From NCBI GenBank assembly GCA_018400015.1, contig JAGYNB010000001.1, positions 328,321 to 392,320 on the forward strand: a stretch of DNA of 64,000 bases. Reading direction: 5' to 3'. This document shows, in pieces, positions 51,569-61,357 of the stretch. The notes beneath the pieces are model-generated. The model was not told the origin of the DNA and did no database searches. It saw nothing but the letters and a program-made list of their open reading frames with translations. The stretch comes from Candidatus Omnitrophota bacterium (GTDB taxonomy: Bacteria > Omnitrophota > Gorgyraeia > Gygaellales > Gygaellaceae). The translations under genes and the position numbers were made by a program. Numbering within the stretch: position 1 is the stretch's first letter; each line of letters begins with the position of its first letter.

Positions 51569-52674
51569 ATAATTACCGACCGACCGTAGCAAAGATAAAT
51601 TTAGCTCACCTTGGGCATAATTTAAAAGTGGTAAAACGTCTTGTTGATGCAGGCGTTAAGATAATGCCTACTGTTAAGGCGAACGCCTATGGCCATGGCC
51701 TAGTGCAGATTGCCAAGGAGTTGGATAAATTAAATATTGATTTTTTAGGTGTGTCTAGCCTTGAGGAGGCGATAGCTTTAAGAAGTTCGAGTATAAAGCG
51801 GCCAATACTTGTTTTGGGAGAGGTATTTAAAAAAGATGTTGGTGTGGTTTTAAAGTATAAGTTAGATCAAACTGTTTTCTCATATAGTTTAGCCAAGGCG
51901 CTAAATAATCAAGCAAAAAAAATAGGAATAATAACAAAGATTCATATTAAGGTAGATACTGGCATGGGAAGATTGGGGGTAATGCATAAAGAGGCATTTG
52001 AGTTAGTTAAGAAAATTGCATCTCTTAAAAATATAAAAATCGAAGGTATTTTTACGCATTTTCCCAAGGCTGAAACTGACAAAGCTTTTACTAATAAGCA
52101 AATTAAAGCATTTAAAGGATTAATAAAAAAACTTTCTGAAAATGGTATTTATATACCGATAATCCACTCGGCAAACAGTATGGGGATTATTGATTACAAG
52201 AACAGTCATTTTAACCTTGTTCGGCCAGGGCTTATGCTTTATGGGATTTATCCTAAAAGAGGATTAAGACCTGTTTTAAAGCCGGTTATGAGTTTAGTGA
52301 CAAAAATAATTTTTATCAAAAATCTTCCTTCCGGACACGGGGTAAGCTATGGACATAGCTTTATTGCTTCTAAGAATACAAAGACAGCGATTCTTCCTAT
52401 TGGCTATGGTGATGGTTATTTTAGGGGTTTTTCCGATAAGGCGCAGGTGTTGATAAGAGGCAAAAGATGTAAGATAATAGGTAAAATCTGCATGGATTAT
52501 ACTATGGTTGATGTCAGCAGTTTAAAGAAAGTCTCCTGCGGCGATGAAGCTGTTTTGATAGGTACACAAGGTAGAGAAAAAATTCTTGCTTCGGATTTAG
52601 CTAAACTTGTCGGTACTATCGCTTATGAAGTGACTTGTTCAGTGGGAGCTAGGATCCCGCGTTATTTTATTTAA
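51550..52674 (+). CDS. alr: Alanine racemase
   Basis: PLP-lysine motif VKANAYGHG; C-terminal beta-domain; 374 aa. Confidence 0.85.
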   Translation: MPDKKMNNYRPTVAKINLAHLGHNLKVVKRLVDAGVKIMPTVKANAYGHGLVQIAKELDKLNIDFLGVSSLEEAIALRSSSIKRPILVLGEVFKKDVGVVLKYKLDQTVFSYSLAKALNNQAKKIGIITKIHIKVDTGMGRLGVMHKEAFELVKKIASLKNIKIEGIFTHFPKAETDKAFTNKQIKAFKGLIKKLSENGIYIPIIHSANSMGIIDYKNSHFNLVRPGLMLYGIYPKRGLRPVLKPVMSLVTKIIFIKNLPSGHGVSYGHSFIASKNTKTAILPIGYGDGYFRGFSDKAQVLIRGKRCKIIGKICMDYTMVDVSSLKKVSCGDEAVLIGTQGREKILASDLAKLVGTIAYEVTCSVGARIPRYFI

Positions 52675-53762
52675 GGTAAGATTTGAATAAAATAAATAGA
52701 TAATCCCAAGAACATTATTGGCGTAAGCCATACTGCAAGGAAAGGAATTAGAATTCCTTCTTTTCCAAAGGCAATACCTAAGACAGAGCAAAGATAATAA
52801 ACAAAACTTAAAGCGACAAATACTCCAAAAGAAATAATATTAGAAGAGCGTTTTTTGGTTGTAAAAGCAAAAGAGATTGCTATCATTATAAGTATTACGG
52901 CTGAAAAAGAACTGGCAAATTTATTATAATAATCTACCTTGAGGTTTCTTACAGCCTGTTTTGCGCCGCTTTTGGATATTCTATCAATATACTGACTTAA
53001 TTGGGAGGTATTCATTAATTCTAATTTTTGTCTCTGCTGAAGTAGTATTTTCGGTTTTTCAACTATATTAATTGCTTTTTCTTCAAAATAAAAAGGTTCG
53101 TGTTTTGGTTCGCCGTCACTGAAAAAATCATATACAAGAACTTTATAAAAAATCCATTCATTACCGTTATAGACAGCTTTTTGTGCTACGACTTTAGAGA
53201 TTACGTTTTGATTTGAATCGTGTTCTAATATATTGATCTGTTCAAGGGTGTTTTCATCGACATTGAAGGAATTTGCATAAATTAGTCTGTTATTACTGCC
53301 GTAACAGGTCAGGTATTGTATGATCTGGCTGGTTTTATTTCGTTGTGCCGGTTCAAGCCTATCGGAGATTTCTTCATGAATATTTTGGGTTATAGGTATT
53401 ATTTTTTCATTCACCATAAATATCATAAAACTCATCAGGATTCCCATCATAATAATGTTTCTTGTGACCTGCCAGATATTTTGTCCACTTGCACGCATTA
53501 CAATAAGTTCGTTATCGCGGTTTAACCTGGTAAGGGTAAATATGGTAGCCAGAAAAATACAGTATGAAGAGATTTGAATAAATATCGTAGGCAGAAATGT
53601 CAGATAATAATTTACAAATAAACCTAATCCGACTTTTTGTTCTAGAAAGTCATCAAGGTGTGTGAAGATATCAATGATTACATAAAGTCCCATGAATATC
53701 ATTACACAGGCAAGGAAGGATAAAATAAGAGATTTTACTATGTATCTGTCTAGGATACGCAT
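52671..53762 (-). CDS. lptG: LPS export ABC transporter permease LptG (YjgP/YjgQ family)
   Basis: LptF/LptG family: N-terminal TM bundle, periplasmic beta-jellyroll, C-terminal TM helices; overlaps lptF on the same strand. Confidence 0.7.
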   Translation of the reverse strand: MRILDRYIVKSLILSFLACVMIFMGLYVIIDIFTHLDDFLEQKVGLGLFVNYYLTFLPTIFIQISSYCIFLATIFTLTRLNRDNELIVMRASGQNIWQVTRNIIMMGILMSFMIFMVNEKIIPITQNIHEEISDRLEPAQRNKTSQIIQYLTCYGSNNRLIYANSFNVDENTLEQINILEHDSNQNVISKVVAQKAVYNGNEWIFYKVLVYDFFSDGEPKHEPFYFEEKAINIVEKPKILLQQRQKLELMNTSQLSQYIDRISKSGAKQAVRNLKVDYYNKFASSFSAVILIMIAISFAFTTKKRSSNIISFGVFVALSFVYYLCSVLGIAFGKEGILIPFLAVWLTPIMFLGLSIYFIQILP

Positions 53763-54883
53763 GATCGGCGTAAAAGTATAATTCCTAATGTTGCCATTGT
53801 TAAATTAGCCAGCCACATTGATAAAACTGGCATTTTTCCTTGGAGACTCAAGGCTTCAAAACCTAAAAAGATTAGATAATAAATTGTAACAATAGCGAAT
53901 ATTAATACAATATTTGCATTTTTTTGCCTTTTATGGGTTATTATTCCCAGGGGAATCCCCAGTAATATAAATACTAAGGGTGCAAAGCTGATGGCAATTT
54001 TTTCATGAAGTTGAGTTAAGTAGGGAAGAGGGCTGATCTGTTGGTTTTTAAAGGAATTGATTTTATCTTTTAATTCCTTTATGGTCATATCTGTTGGTTT
54101 TTTGTCTATATTATCTGACGACTGGTTTTGAGCGAGGTTTAATGTCATAAAATAAGTCTTGAAGTATAGTTTATAGAAATTATCCGGGTTTTTAGGGTCA
54201 ACTTCGTCAGAGGTGCCGTCAATCAATTTTAATTTAACGATGCTTTTTTCAGGGTAGCTTATAAATTCACCTTTTTTTGCGACAATTGTACGCGTAGGTT
54301 TATTTTCACCTTGCGGTTCATAGATTCTGATATTGAATAATTTATTGCCTTCTATGCGGTAGATAAAAAGGATATATTTTTGAAAGGAGTTAATAAAAGT
54401 TCCCGGTTCGAGTGCGGCAGTTGGGTTTTTAACTCCTAAATCTACGATAGCTTTTCGTGAGGCAAAGTGGGATTTGGGAATCAATTGGTCGTTTAATATA
54501 ACAAGCGTAAGGCTTAGAATAAAAGCAATTATAATAAACGGCATTAAAAGATTTATAATATTTATTCCGCTTGCTCTTATGGCGATGATTTCATTGTCCG
54601 ATGAGGCTCTTCCTAAAGATAAGAGCACCCCTGAAAGTGCGGCAATCGGTATGGTATAGGCGAATAGATAGGGGATTAAGAAAATAAACAGTTTTCCTAC
54701 GATTTCAATGCTTACGTTTTTGTTTATAATCAGGTAAGCGAATTTTATCAGATTGCCCAAAAGCATGACAAAAGTTAATACGGCTAAGGATATCCCAAAA
54801 TATATTAAAAATTCTTTTGTTAGGTATGTTCGTAGTATTTTCATTTTATTGTGCCAGAGTAAGCGAAACAACCGAGTTCGCAC
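53750..54883 (-). CDS. lptF: LPS export ABC transporter permease LptF (YjgP/YjgQ family)
   Basis: Same family as the downstream lptG; pair arrangement typical of lptF-lptG. Confidence 0.7.
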   Translation of the reverse strand: MRTRLFRLLWHNKMKILRTYLTKEFLIYFGISLAVLTFVMLLGNLIKFAYLIINKNVSIEIVGKLFIFLIPYLFAYTIPIAALSGVLLSLGRASSDNEIIAIRASGINIINLLMPFIIIAFILSLTLVILNDQLIPKSHFASRKAIVDLGVKNPTAALEPGTFINSFQKYILFIYRIEGNKLFNIRIYEPQGENKPTRTIVAKKGEFISYPEKSIVKLKLIDGTSDEVDPKNPDNFYKLYFKTYFMTLNLAQNQSSDNIDKKPTDMTIKELKDKINSFKNQQISPLPYLTQLHEKIAISFAPLVFILLGIPLGIITHKRQKNANIVLIFAIVTIYYLIFLGFEALSLQGKMPVLSMWLANLTMATLGIILLRRSCVS

Positions 54884-55562
54884 CGGTATTTTTTAGCGCT
54901 GCCGATAGTTCTGAGACGGTAGCTCCGGTTGTGAATACATCATCGATGATCATAATATTTTTATTTTTTATTCTGGAATGTTCTTTTACACAGAAAGCAT
55001 TCTTTAGATTATTAAACCTTTTATACTTATCCAGTTTTGTCTGGCTGGGCGTATTTTTAAATCTATGCACGGTATTTTTAAAGTAATCCTTTTTAAAGTA
55101 TTCAGCGATAGGTTCTGACAATAGATGCGCTTGGTTAAACCCACGGTCTTGGAGCCTTTTTTTATATAAAGGTACGGCGATTATACAATCTATTTTGTCA
55201 ATGGGGATATGTTTTTGAATAAATTCAATCATTAATTGGCTGAAAAGTCGATGTAGTTTTGTAAAGCCTTTGTATTTAAATTGGTGGATCAGTTTTAGCA
55301 TTATGCCTTCGTATTTACATACACTCCAGGAGCGAGAGAATTCATAGGTCGAGTTTTTGCAATTTGAGCAGAAACAAAACCTGTTATCATTTAAATTTTT
55401 CCCGCAACTTACACAAAATGGCGCATCGATAAAGCTTATTTTCTCAAGACATTCTAGGCATACGCCTTCAATGTGTTCTTTGTTTTCAATATGCTTATTA
55501 CAGCTTAAGCAATAGTGAGGGAAAATTATGCTTTCAAAACCTTTTAAAAATTCCTTCCACAC
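54846..55562 (-). CDS. comF: ComF-family protein (double zinc ribbon + phosphoribosyltransferase domain)
   Basis: N-terminal CxxC-x-CxxC zinc ribbon; C-terminal PRTase PRPP motif IMIIDDVFTTGAT. Confidence 0.75.
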   Translation of the reverse strand: MWKEFLKGFESIIFPHYCLSCNKHIENKEHIEGVCLECLEKISFIDAPFCVSCGKNLNDNRFCFCSNCKNSTYEFSRSWSVCKYEGIMLKLIHQFKYKGFTKLHRLFSQLMIEFIQKHIPIDKIDCIIAVPLYKKRLQDRGFNQAHLLSEPIAEYFKKDYFKNTVHRFKNTPSQTKLDKYKRFNNLKNAFCVKEHSRIKNKNIMIIDDVFTTGATVSELSAALKNTGANSVVSLTLAQ

Positions 55563-55650
55563 AAGCTAATATCTTAACATTGAGCTATGAATTTGTCAAT
55601 TCAGTTAAAATACGTTGCAAATATATATAAGAGTAATAGAATATATATTT

Positions 55651-56883
55651 ATGAAACCTTCTATTGTGGTTATTGGCGCAGGTCCGGCTGGAGTGATGGC
55701 TTCGATTAAGGCAGCACATTCTGGCAAGGGAGTAGTTTTAATTGAGCAAAATTCATTTATAGGCAAAAAACTGCTTTTAACTGGTAAAGGAAGGGGTAAT
55801 ATTACCAATATGGCGGGCCAGGAGAGCTTTTTAAATTATTTTAATAAAAATGCTTTATTCTTAAGAGATGCATTCAGAAAGTTTTTCAATAAGGAATTAT
55901 GTGATTTTTTTACTTCGCGCGGCTTAAGGTTAAAAACTGAAAGGCAGAACCGGGTTTTCCCTGAATCTGATATGGCAGCGGATGTAGTTAAGGTCCTGGA
56001 AAAGTCTTTAGATAATAAAAATATTGAGCTTATATTGAATACAAAGGTTACTGATATATTAGTAGAAAATAGTACTGTAACAGGCGTAGTTTTAGATTCT
56101 CATAGAAAGATTATTGTAAAAAAAGTCATTTTAGCAACAGGCGGGGTAAGCTTCCCTCGGACAGGCTCTACCGGAGACGGGTTTAGATTGGTCAAGAAAT
56201 TATCTCATAAGGTTACGCAGCTTAGGCCTGGGCTTGTGGCTTTGGTGTCAAAGGATAAATGGGTAAGATCATTACAAGGTTTGACTTTAAAAAACGTAAA
56301 GGTGATATTTTCACAGAAAAACAAAAGAGTCGAATCTTGCGTAGGGGAACTTTTATTTACTCATTTTGGCATATCCGGTCCCTTGGTGTTGGATTTAAGC
56401 AATAGAGTCAATTCTTGGCTTGACACACAAGGTGTAAGTGCTACTATTGATTTAAAACCAGGGTTAAGAAAAGAACAGTTGGAAAGTAAGTTTTTACGAG
56501 AAACAAATGGGAAAAAAGAAATCAAAAGCTTTTTAAGGTTGCTTTTACCTTTGAGGCTTGTAGATGTTTTTATTTATAGGTGTAATTTAGATCCGCATAA
56601 AAAAATAAGCCAGATTACGAAAAAAGAAAGACAGGCAATAGTTAATTTACTGAAAGCTTTAGATTTTAAGATTGTTTCTACTCTGGGTTTAGATAAAGGT
56701 ATGGTTACTTGCGGAGGGGTGTCTTTGAAGGAAATTGATCCGCGTACAATGCAGTCAAAACTCATAAACGGGTTGTATTTTGCCGGTGAAATAATTGATG
56801 TTGACGCTGTAAGCGGCGGGTACAACCTGCAGGCAGCATTTTCCACTGGTTTTTTAGCAGGGGAAAGCGCAAGTTCTGGTTAG
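55651..56883 (+). CDS. HI0933-family FAD-dependent flavoprotein (BaiN/aminoacetone-oxidase-like)
   Basis: VVIGAGPAGVMA FAD motif; C-terminal GGYNLQAAFSTG; start placed at the internal ATG giving the GxGxxG at the N-terminus. Confidence 0.75.
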   Translation: MKPSIVVIGAGPAGVMASIKAAHSGKGVVLIEQNSFIGKKLLLTGKGRGNITNMAGQESFLNYFNKNALFLRDAFRKFFNKELCDFFTSRGLRLKTERQNRVFPESDMAADVVKVLEKSLDNKNIELILNTKVTDILVENSTVTGVVLDSHRKIIVKKVILATGGVSFPRTGSTGDGFRLVKKLSHKVTQLRPGLVALVSKDKWVRSLQGLTLKNVKVIFSQKNKRVESCVGELLFTHFGISGPLVLDLSNRVNSWLDTQGVSATIDLKPGLRKEQLESKFLRETNGKKEIKSFLRLLLPLRLVDVFIYRCNLDPHKKISQITKKERQAIVNLLKALDFKIVSTLGLDKGMVTCGGVSLKEIDPRTMQSKLINGLYFAGEIIDVDAVSGGYNLQAAFSTGFLAGESASSG

Positions 56884-58221
56884 ATGATGAAAAGAATAAT
56901 TTTGGCAACTAATTCACAGGCGAGAAAAAAGGTATTTAGGATTTTTGGCATAAAGTTTACTACGGCAGTATCTAATATAAAAGAGCGTAAAGTTAATAAT
57001 TTAAAGAGAATGGGTTGCGAAAAAATAGTAATAGGGAATGCTAAAAAAAAGGCGCTGTCATTAAAAGAAAAATATAAAAAAGGCGTAATCGTATCAGCAG
57101 ATACTTTGATTGTGCAGGATAATAAAGTGTACGGCAAGCCAAAAGATTTATTCCAGGCAAGGAGAATGCTTGAGAAACTTTCCAGCGCGGCTCATTTTGT
57201 ATATACCGGTCTTTGCGTATTTGATATAGATAAAGGCAAGTGTTTTACTGATTTTGACAAGACAAAAGTAATAATGGAAAAGCTCTCATGTAAGGATATA
57301 GATAATTATTTTAGATGCATTAATCCGCTTTCTAAAGCAGGTAGTTTTGATGTTTTTTCTGAAGGTGCGTGGTTTGTCAAAAGGATAGAAGGGTGTTTTT
57401 ATAATGTTGTAGGACTTCCTTTAAACAAGCTTTATAGGTTATTACGTAAAGCGGGGGTTTTTATAGTAGTGGTGTTATGTTTAAGTATTTTTTCTGGTTG
57501 TGCCACAGAATATAATGTTGTTACTAGGAACGAAGAGTTGATTTATTATTCTACGGAAAAGGAAGTTGCAATCGGTAGGTCCGTATCCAAGCAAATCGAA
57601 AAGGAATTTGAGCTTTCTAAGGATACTTTACTTACAAAGCGTCTTGAGGAAGTGGGTGCTAAAGTGGCTAGTGTGTCTGATAGAAAAGATATAGTTTATA
57701 TTTTTAGAATTCTTGATGAGGAAGAGATTAATGCGTTTGCTTTACCGGGTGGATACGTTTATGTCAATAGGGGCCTTATGGAAAAAACCGATGATGACGA
57801 ACTTGCTTGTGTTATTGGTCATGAAATCGGTCATATAAATGCTAAACACAGTATAAAAAGGCTTCAGTCTAGTTATGGGTATACATTTTTGATGGTTTTG
57901 GCAGGTTTTGGTGCAAAGTCGAATGAGGCTATGCAGGGTGTGAGCACGATATTTAATACGCTTATGTTGGGTTATTCTAGAAAAGATGAATTGTTGGCAG
58001 ATACTCTAGGCGTACGATATGCAAAAAAAGCTGGATTTGATGCCAAGAAAATGATAAGCTTTCTGGAAAAGCTGCATGAAATACACACGAAGCGTCCGGC
58101 AAGGGAATACTCTTATGCAAGGACTCATCCTTATACGAGTGACAGAATTCGTATTATCAAGCAGGAGCTGGGGATGGCGGTTAATTTTAGCGATTATATA
58201 AATAAAGAAGACGATATTTAA
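56884..58221 (+). CDS. Maf-like nucleotide pyrophosphatase fused in-frame to a lipoprotein-type M48 zinc metallopeptidase
   Basis: Residues 1-190 Maf family (IILATNSQARKK...NVVGLPL). Then a lipoprotein signal-like segment (LRKAGVFIVVVLCLSIFSGC) and an M48 domain with HEIGH zinc motif; no stop codon between them. Confidence 0.6.
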   Translation: MMKRIILATNSQARKKVFRIFGIKFTTAVSNIKERKVNNLKRMGCEKIVIGNAKKKALSLKEKYKKGVIVSADTLIVQDNKVYGKPKDLFQARRMLEKLSSAAHFVYTGLCVFDIDKGKCFTDFDKTKVIMEKLSCKDIDNYFRCINPLSKAGSFDVFSEGAWFVKRIEGCFYNVVGLPLNKLYRLLRKAGVFIVVVLCLSIFSGCATEYNVVTRNEELIYYSTEKEVAIGRSVSKQIEKEFELSKDTLLTKRLEEVGAKVASVSDRKDIVYIFRILDEEEINAFALPGGYVYVNRGLMEKTDDDELACVIGHEIGHINAKHSIKRLQSSYGYTFLMVLAGFGAKSNEAMQGVSTIFNTLMLGYSRKDELLADTLGVRYAKKAGFDAKKMISFLEKLHEIHTKRPAREYSYARTHPYTSDRIRIIKQELGMAVNFSDYINKEDDI

Positions 58222-58224
58222 TAG

Positions 58225-58896
58225 ATGAAAAAAACCAAGAAGACAGTTAAGCCTTTTGTTTTTTATACAAGACTTCATCTATCACAGATGACCGGACTTC
58301 GCGCTGCCAATATCAGCCAGTTAATGGAGCTGATAAAGCAGGTTTCCGGTTCTTGTATATATCACCATACACATAGGTTTTTACAGATTCATCAGTATCT
58401 GTCGCCTGAACCTCCGAATGATTTTGCCTATTGGGTTAATTATGTCTTGGGTGAAGATGAGCTTGGTGAAAGATTGGCTAGTATCGACACAGTGCAGTTT
58501 TCCAGCATTAGAAGTCTGAGAGAGAAAATCATCCAAACAATAGAAAACTATATTGAGAATAATCCGCTTGCAAAATTAAGGTTTTCTAGAAAAGACGAGG
58601 AATTCCATTTTATCGAGTCGATCAGCTTCATTATTCCTACTAAGTATTCTGTTACTACTCTAAGAGATTTTTCGCGAACTTTGAAAAAAGTTACCATAGA
58701 TTCGATTTATTTTCATATATTCGAGTCACGCCTAAGGCTTGAGAAACAAAATAATGATTTTTCCGCATGGATCGATGATGCTTTTGGTAATAAAATCTTG
58801 GCGGATAGTATTGCCCGGCTTGACCCTTACACGCATACACTGGAAGATTTAAGGAAAAAACTTATAAATATAGTTGATAATGCAATAAAAAAATAA
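58225..58896 (+). CDS. Hypothetical protein (223 aa), translationally coupled to treT-like gene
   Basis: Long ORF with lysine-rich N-terminus; no recognisable motifs; stop 2 nt before the next start. Confidence 0.4.
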   Translation: MKKTKKTVKPFVFYTRLHLSQMTGLRAANISQLMELIKQVSGSCIYHHTHRFLQIHQYLSPEPPNDFAYWVNYVLGEDELGERLASIDTVQFSSIRSLREKIIQTIENYIENNPLAKLRFSRKDEEFHFIESISFIIPTKYSVTTLRDFSRTLKKVTIDSIYFHIFESRLRLEKQNNDFSAWIDDAFGNKILADSIARLDPYTHTLEDLRKKLINIVDNAIKK

Positions 58897-58897
58897 C

Positions 58898-60109
58898 ATG
58901 CCGTATATCGAAGATTATATTTCAATAGTGGGCCAATCGGTAATAGATGATTTAAGATTAATAGCTGAAAAACTAAAAGGCAAAAAGATTCTTCATATTA
59001 ATTCCACTGCCGTAGGCGGAGGTGTGGCAGAGATATTAAACAGGATGAATCCTTTATTAAGAGAACTTAATGTGGATACGCGCTGGGATGTTATAAGAGG
59101 CGGAGAGAAGTTTTTTAATGTTACAAAAAAATTCCATAATCTTTTGCACGGTAAGCAGGATGAGTTGACTGATGAAGATATTGATATATTTTTATCTACC
59201 GGCAAAGAAAATCAGTTGAATATGGATACATCAAGCGATATTGTCTATGTACATGATCCGCAGCCGATAACCTTAGTTGAGAAGCGTAATGGCAATAAAT
59301 GGCTTTGGCGTTGTCATGTGGATGTATCAAACCCTAATCAAAAGTTATGGAGTTTCTTAAAGCAATATATCGAGCGTTATGATGCAGCGGTTTTCTCTGC
59401 GCCAAGTTTTTCTCAAACATTATCAATCAGGCAGTATTTGATTTCACCGTCGATTGATCCATTAAGTGACAAGAACAAAGATTTATCTTCTGAGGAGATT
59501 TCCAAAGTGTTAGAGCATTATCAGGTACCTGTGGATAAGCCGTTAATAACCCAGATTTCCCGCTTTGACAGGCTTAAAGATCCTCTTGGTGTAATCGAAG
59601 TTTATAAGCTGGTTAAGCGTTACGTTGACTGCCGGCTTATTTTAGCTGGAGGCGGAGCTAGCGATGACCCAGAAGGCGCTCAAGTCTTGGCAGAGGTTAA
59701 TCAGGCGGCAAAAGAGGATAAGGATATACATGTATTGCTAATGCCTCAAAATGATATCCATATAAATGCCCTGCAGCGAGCATCTACTGTAATTATACAA
59801 AAGTCAATTAAGGAAGGTTTTGGTTTGACTGTTTCAGAAGCGCTATGGAAGGCAAAGCCGGTTGTGGCAAGCAATGTCGGCGGGATACCGCTTCAAATAA
59901 CACACCGTTATTCAGGGTTATTGTGTCGTTCTATAGAAGGGGCGGCTTTTGCTGTAAAGCAGCTTTTAAACAGCCCGAATTATGCCAAACAGCTTGGTAA
60001 AAACGGTAAGGAGCATGTCCGCAATAATTTTCTAATCACACGTCACATAAGAGACTATATTTTAGCATTTCTTTCATTATATAATAAAGAACACATAGTA
60101 AATCTTTAG
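58898..60109 (+). CDS. treT: GT4 glycosyltransferase, trehalose glycosyltransferring synthase (TreT)-like
   Basis: Blocks HINSTAVGGGVAEIL, FFNVTKKFHN, VHDPQP, WLWRCH, SPSIDPLSDKN, LITQISRFD, EGFGLTVSEALWK match remembered archaeal/bacterial TreT sequences closely. Confidence 0.6.
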   Translation: MPYIEDYISIVGQSVIDDLRLIAEKLKGKKILHINSTAVGGGVAEILNRMNPLLRELNVDTRWDVIRGGEKFFNVTKKFHNLLHGKQDELTDEDIDIFLSTGKENQLNMDTSSDIVYVHDPQPITLVEKRNGNKWLWRCHVDVSNPNQKLWSFLKQYIERYDAAVFSAPSFSQTLSIRQYLISPSIDPLSDKNKDLSSEEISKVLEHYQVPVDKPLITQISRFDRLKDPLGVIEVYKLVKRYVDCRLILAGGGASDDPEGAQVLAEVNQAAKEDKDIHVLLMPQNDIHINALQRASTVIIQKSIKEGFGLTVSEALWKAKPVVASNVGGIPLQITHRYSGLLCRSIEGAAFAVKQLLNSPNYAKQLGKNGKEHVRNNFLITRHIRDYILAFLSLYNKEHIVNL

Positions 60110-60170
60110 CACTTTACTTTTTAGTGCAAATCTAATAGTATAATAGAAGAACAAAAAAGGAGTTAATATT

Positions 60171-61223
60171 ATGATTAATGATATTTTAAGTCTCAATATA
60201 TTAGGTAACAGCGTATTTAATTATCTTAAGTTTATTGTTTTAGTTATTATTGGTATGATTGTAGCTAAGATTTTTGAGAAAATTATCTTATCCAGGCTTA
60301 AGAAAATCGCTGAGAAAACTACAACCAGCATAGACGATTTCTTTATAGAAGTTATCCATAAATGCGTTTTACCTGTTGGATATTTTGTAGTGATTTATGT
60401 ATCTTTAAAGGTGTTATATCTGCAAGATGGGTTAAAAAATGTAATTGATAAGCTGGCTATTGCCGTAGTTACAATCTATGGTGTGAAGTTTTTGCTTAAG
60501 GCAATCGACTATAGCTTGGGTATTTATTGGAAGATAAGAAAACAAGACATTGCTCTTAAAAAAAGCCTCACCGGAATTGTTAGGATTTTACGCGTTGTCA
60601 TTTGGGGTTTAGCGATTGTATTTTTTCTGGATAATTTAGGTTTTAATATATCCGCTGTTATTGCCGGTCTTGGTATCGGCGGTGTGGCAGTAGCTTTAGC
60701 CGCACAAGCTGTGTTAGGGGATTTGTTTAGTTATTTTGCAATACTCTTTGACAGGCCTTTTGAGATAGGTGATTTTATCATTATCGGGGATTTTCTTGGT
60801 ACAGTTGAACATATCGGCATAAAGACAACGCGCATAAGAAGTTTAGGCGGTGAACAGGTTGTTTTTTCTAATACCGACCTTACTAATTCACGCGTACGCA
60901 ATTATAAGAGAATGGAAAAGCGTCGCGTGGTGTTTAAGTTAGGCGTAACATACCAGACTCCGCATGTAAAGCTTGTTGAGATACCGAAGATAATTGAGTC
61001 AACAATAAAATCAATTGAAGATACTGTTTTTGACAGGGCGCATTTTTCATCATATGGCGCTTTTAGCTTAGATTTTGAAGTTGTCTATTATGTATTAAGC
61101 AGCGACTACAATAAATACATGGATATCCAGCAGAAGATCAATTTAGGGATTCATAAAGAGTTTGAAACTAAGAATATTGAATTTGCCTATCCTACTCAGA
61201 CATTGTTTGTGAATAAGGGGTAG
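60171..61223 (+). CDS. mscS: Small-conductance mechanosensitive channel (MscS family)
   Basis: Three N-terminal TM helices; pore helix GLGIGGVAVALAAQAVLGDLFS; MscS beta-domain; 350 aa. Confidence 0.8.
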   Translation: MINDILSLNILGNSVFNYLKFIVLVIIGMIVAKIFEKIILSRLKKIAEKTTTSIDDFFIEVIHKCVLPVGYFVVIYVSLKVLYLQDGLKNVIDKLAIAVVTIYGVKFLLKAIDYSLGIYWKIRKQDIALKKSLTGIVRILRVVIWGLAIVFFLDNLGFNISAVIAGLGIGGVAVALAAQAVLGDLFSYFAILFDRPFEIGDFIIIGDFLGTVEHIGIKTTRIRSLGGEQVVFSNTDLTNSRVRNYKRMEKRRVVFKLGVTYQTPHVKLVEIPKIIESTIKSIEDTVFDRAHFSSYGAFSLDFEVVYYVLSSDYNKYMDIQQKINLGIHKEFETKNIEFAYPTQTLFVNKG

Positions 61224-61261
61224 GGGTATAATTGTAGTTTCTCGATGTTCGGGATTTAATT

Positions 61262-61347
61262 TGGTGCGGAAGGAGGGAGTTGAACCCTCATGGAGTTGCC
61301 TCCACAGCGCCCTGAACGCTGCGTGTCTGCCATTCCACCACTTCCGC
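61262..61347 (-). tRNA. tRNA-Leu (anticodon CAG), class II with long variable arm, CCA encoded
   Basis: Manual fold of the reverse complement: acceptor GCGGAAG/CTTCCGC, anticodon stem-loop CAGCG-TTCAGGG-CGCTG, long variable arm, T-loop GGTTCAACTCC, 3' ACCA. Confidence 0.85.
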
Positions 61348-61357
61348 GTGAGTCTTA

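Noticed and set aside
60110-60170. Weak GCACT...AGTGC hairpin after the treT-like gene as a terminator
   Set aside because: The stem is only 5 bp with a 10-nt loop and no U-tract. More likely just the promoter region (TATAAT at ~60148) for mscS.
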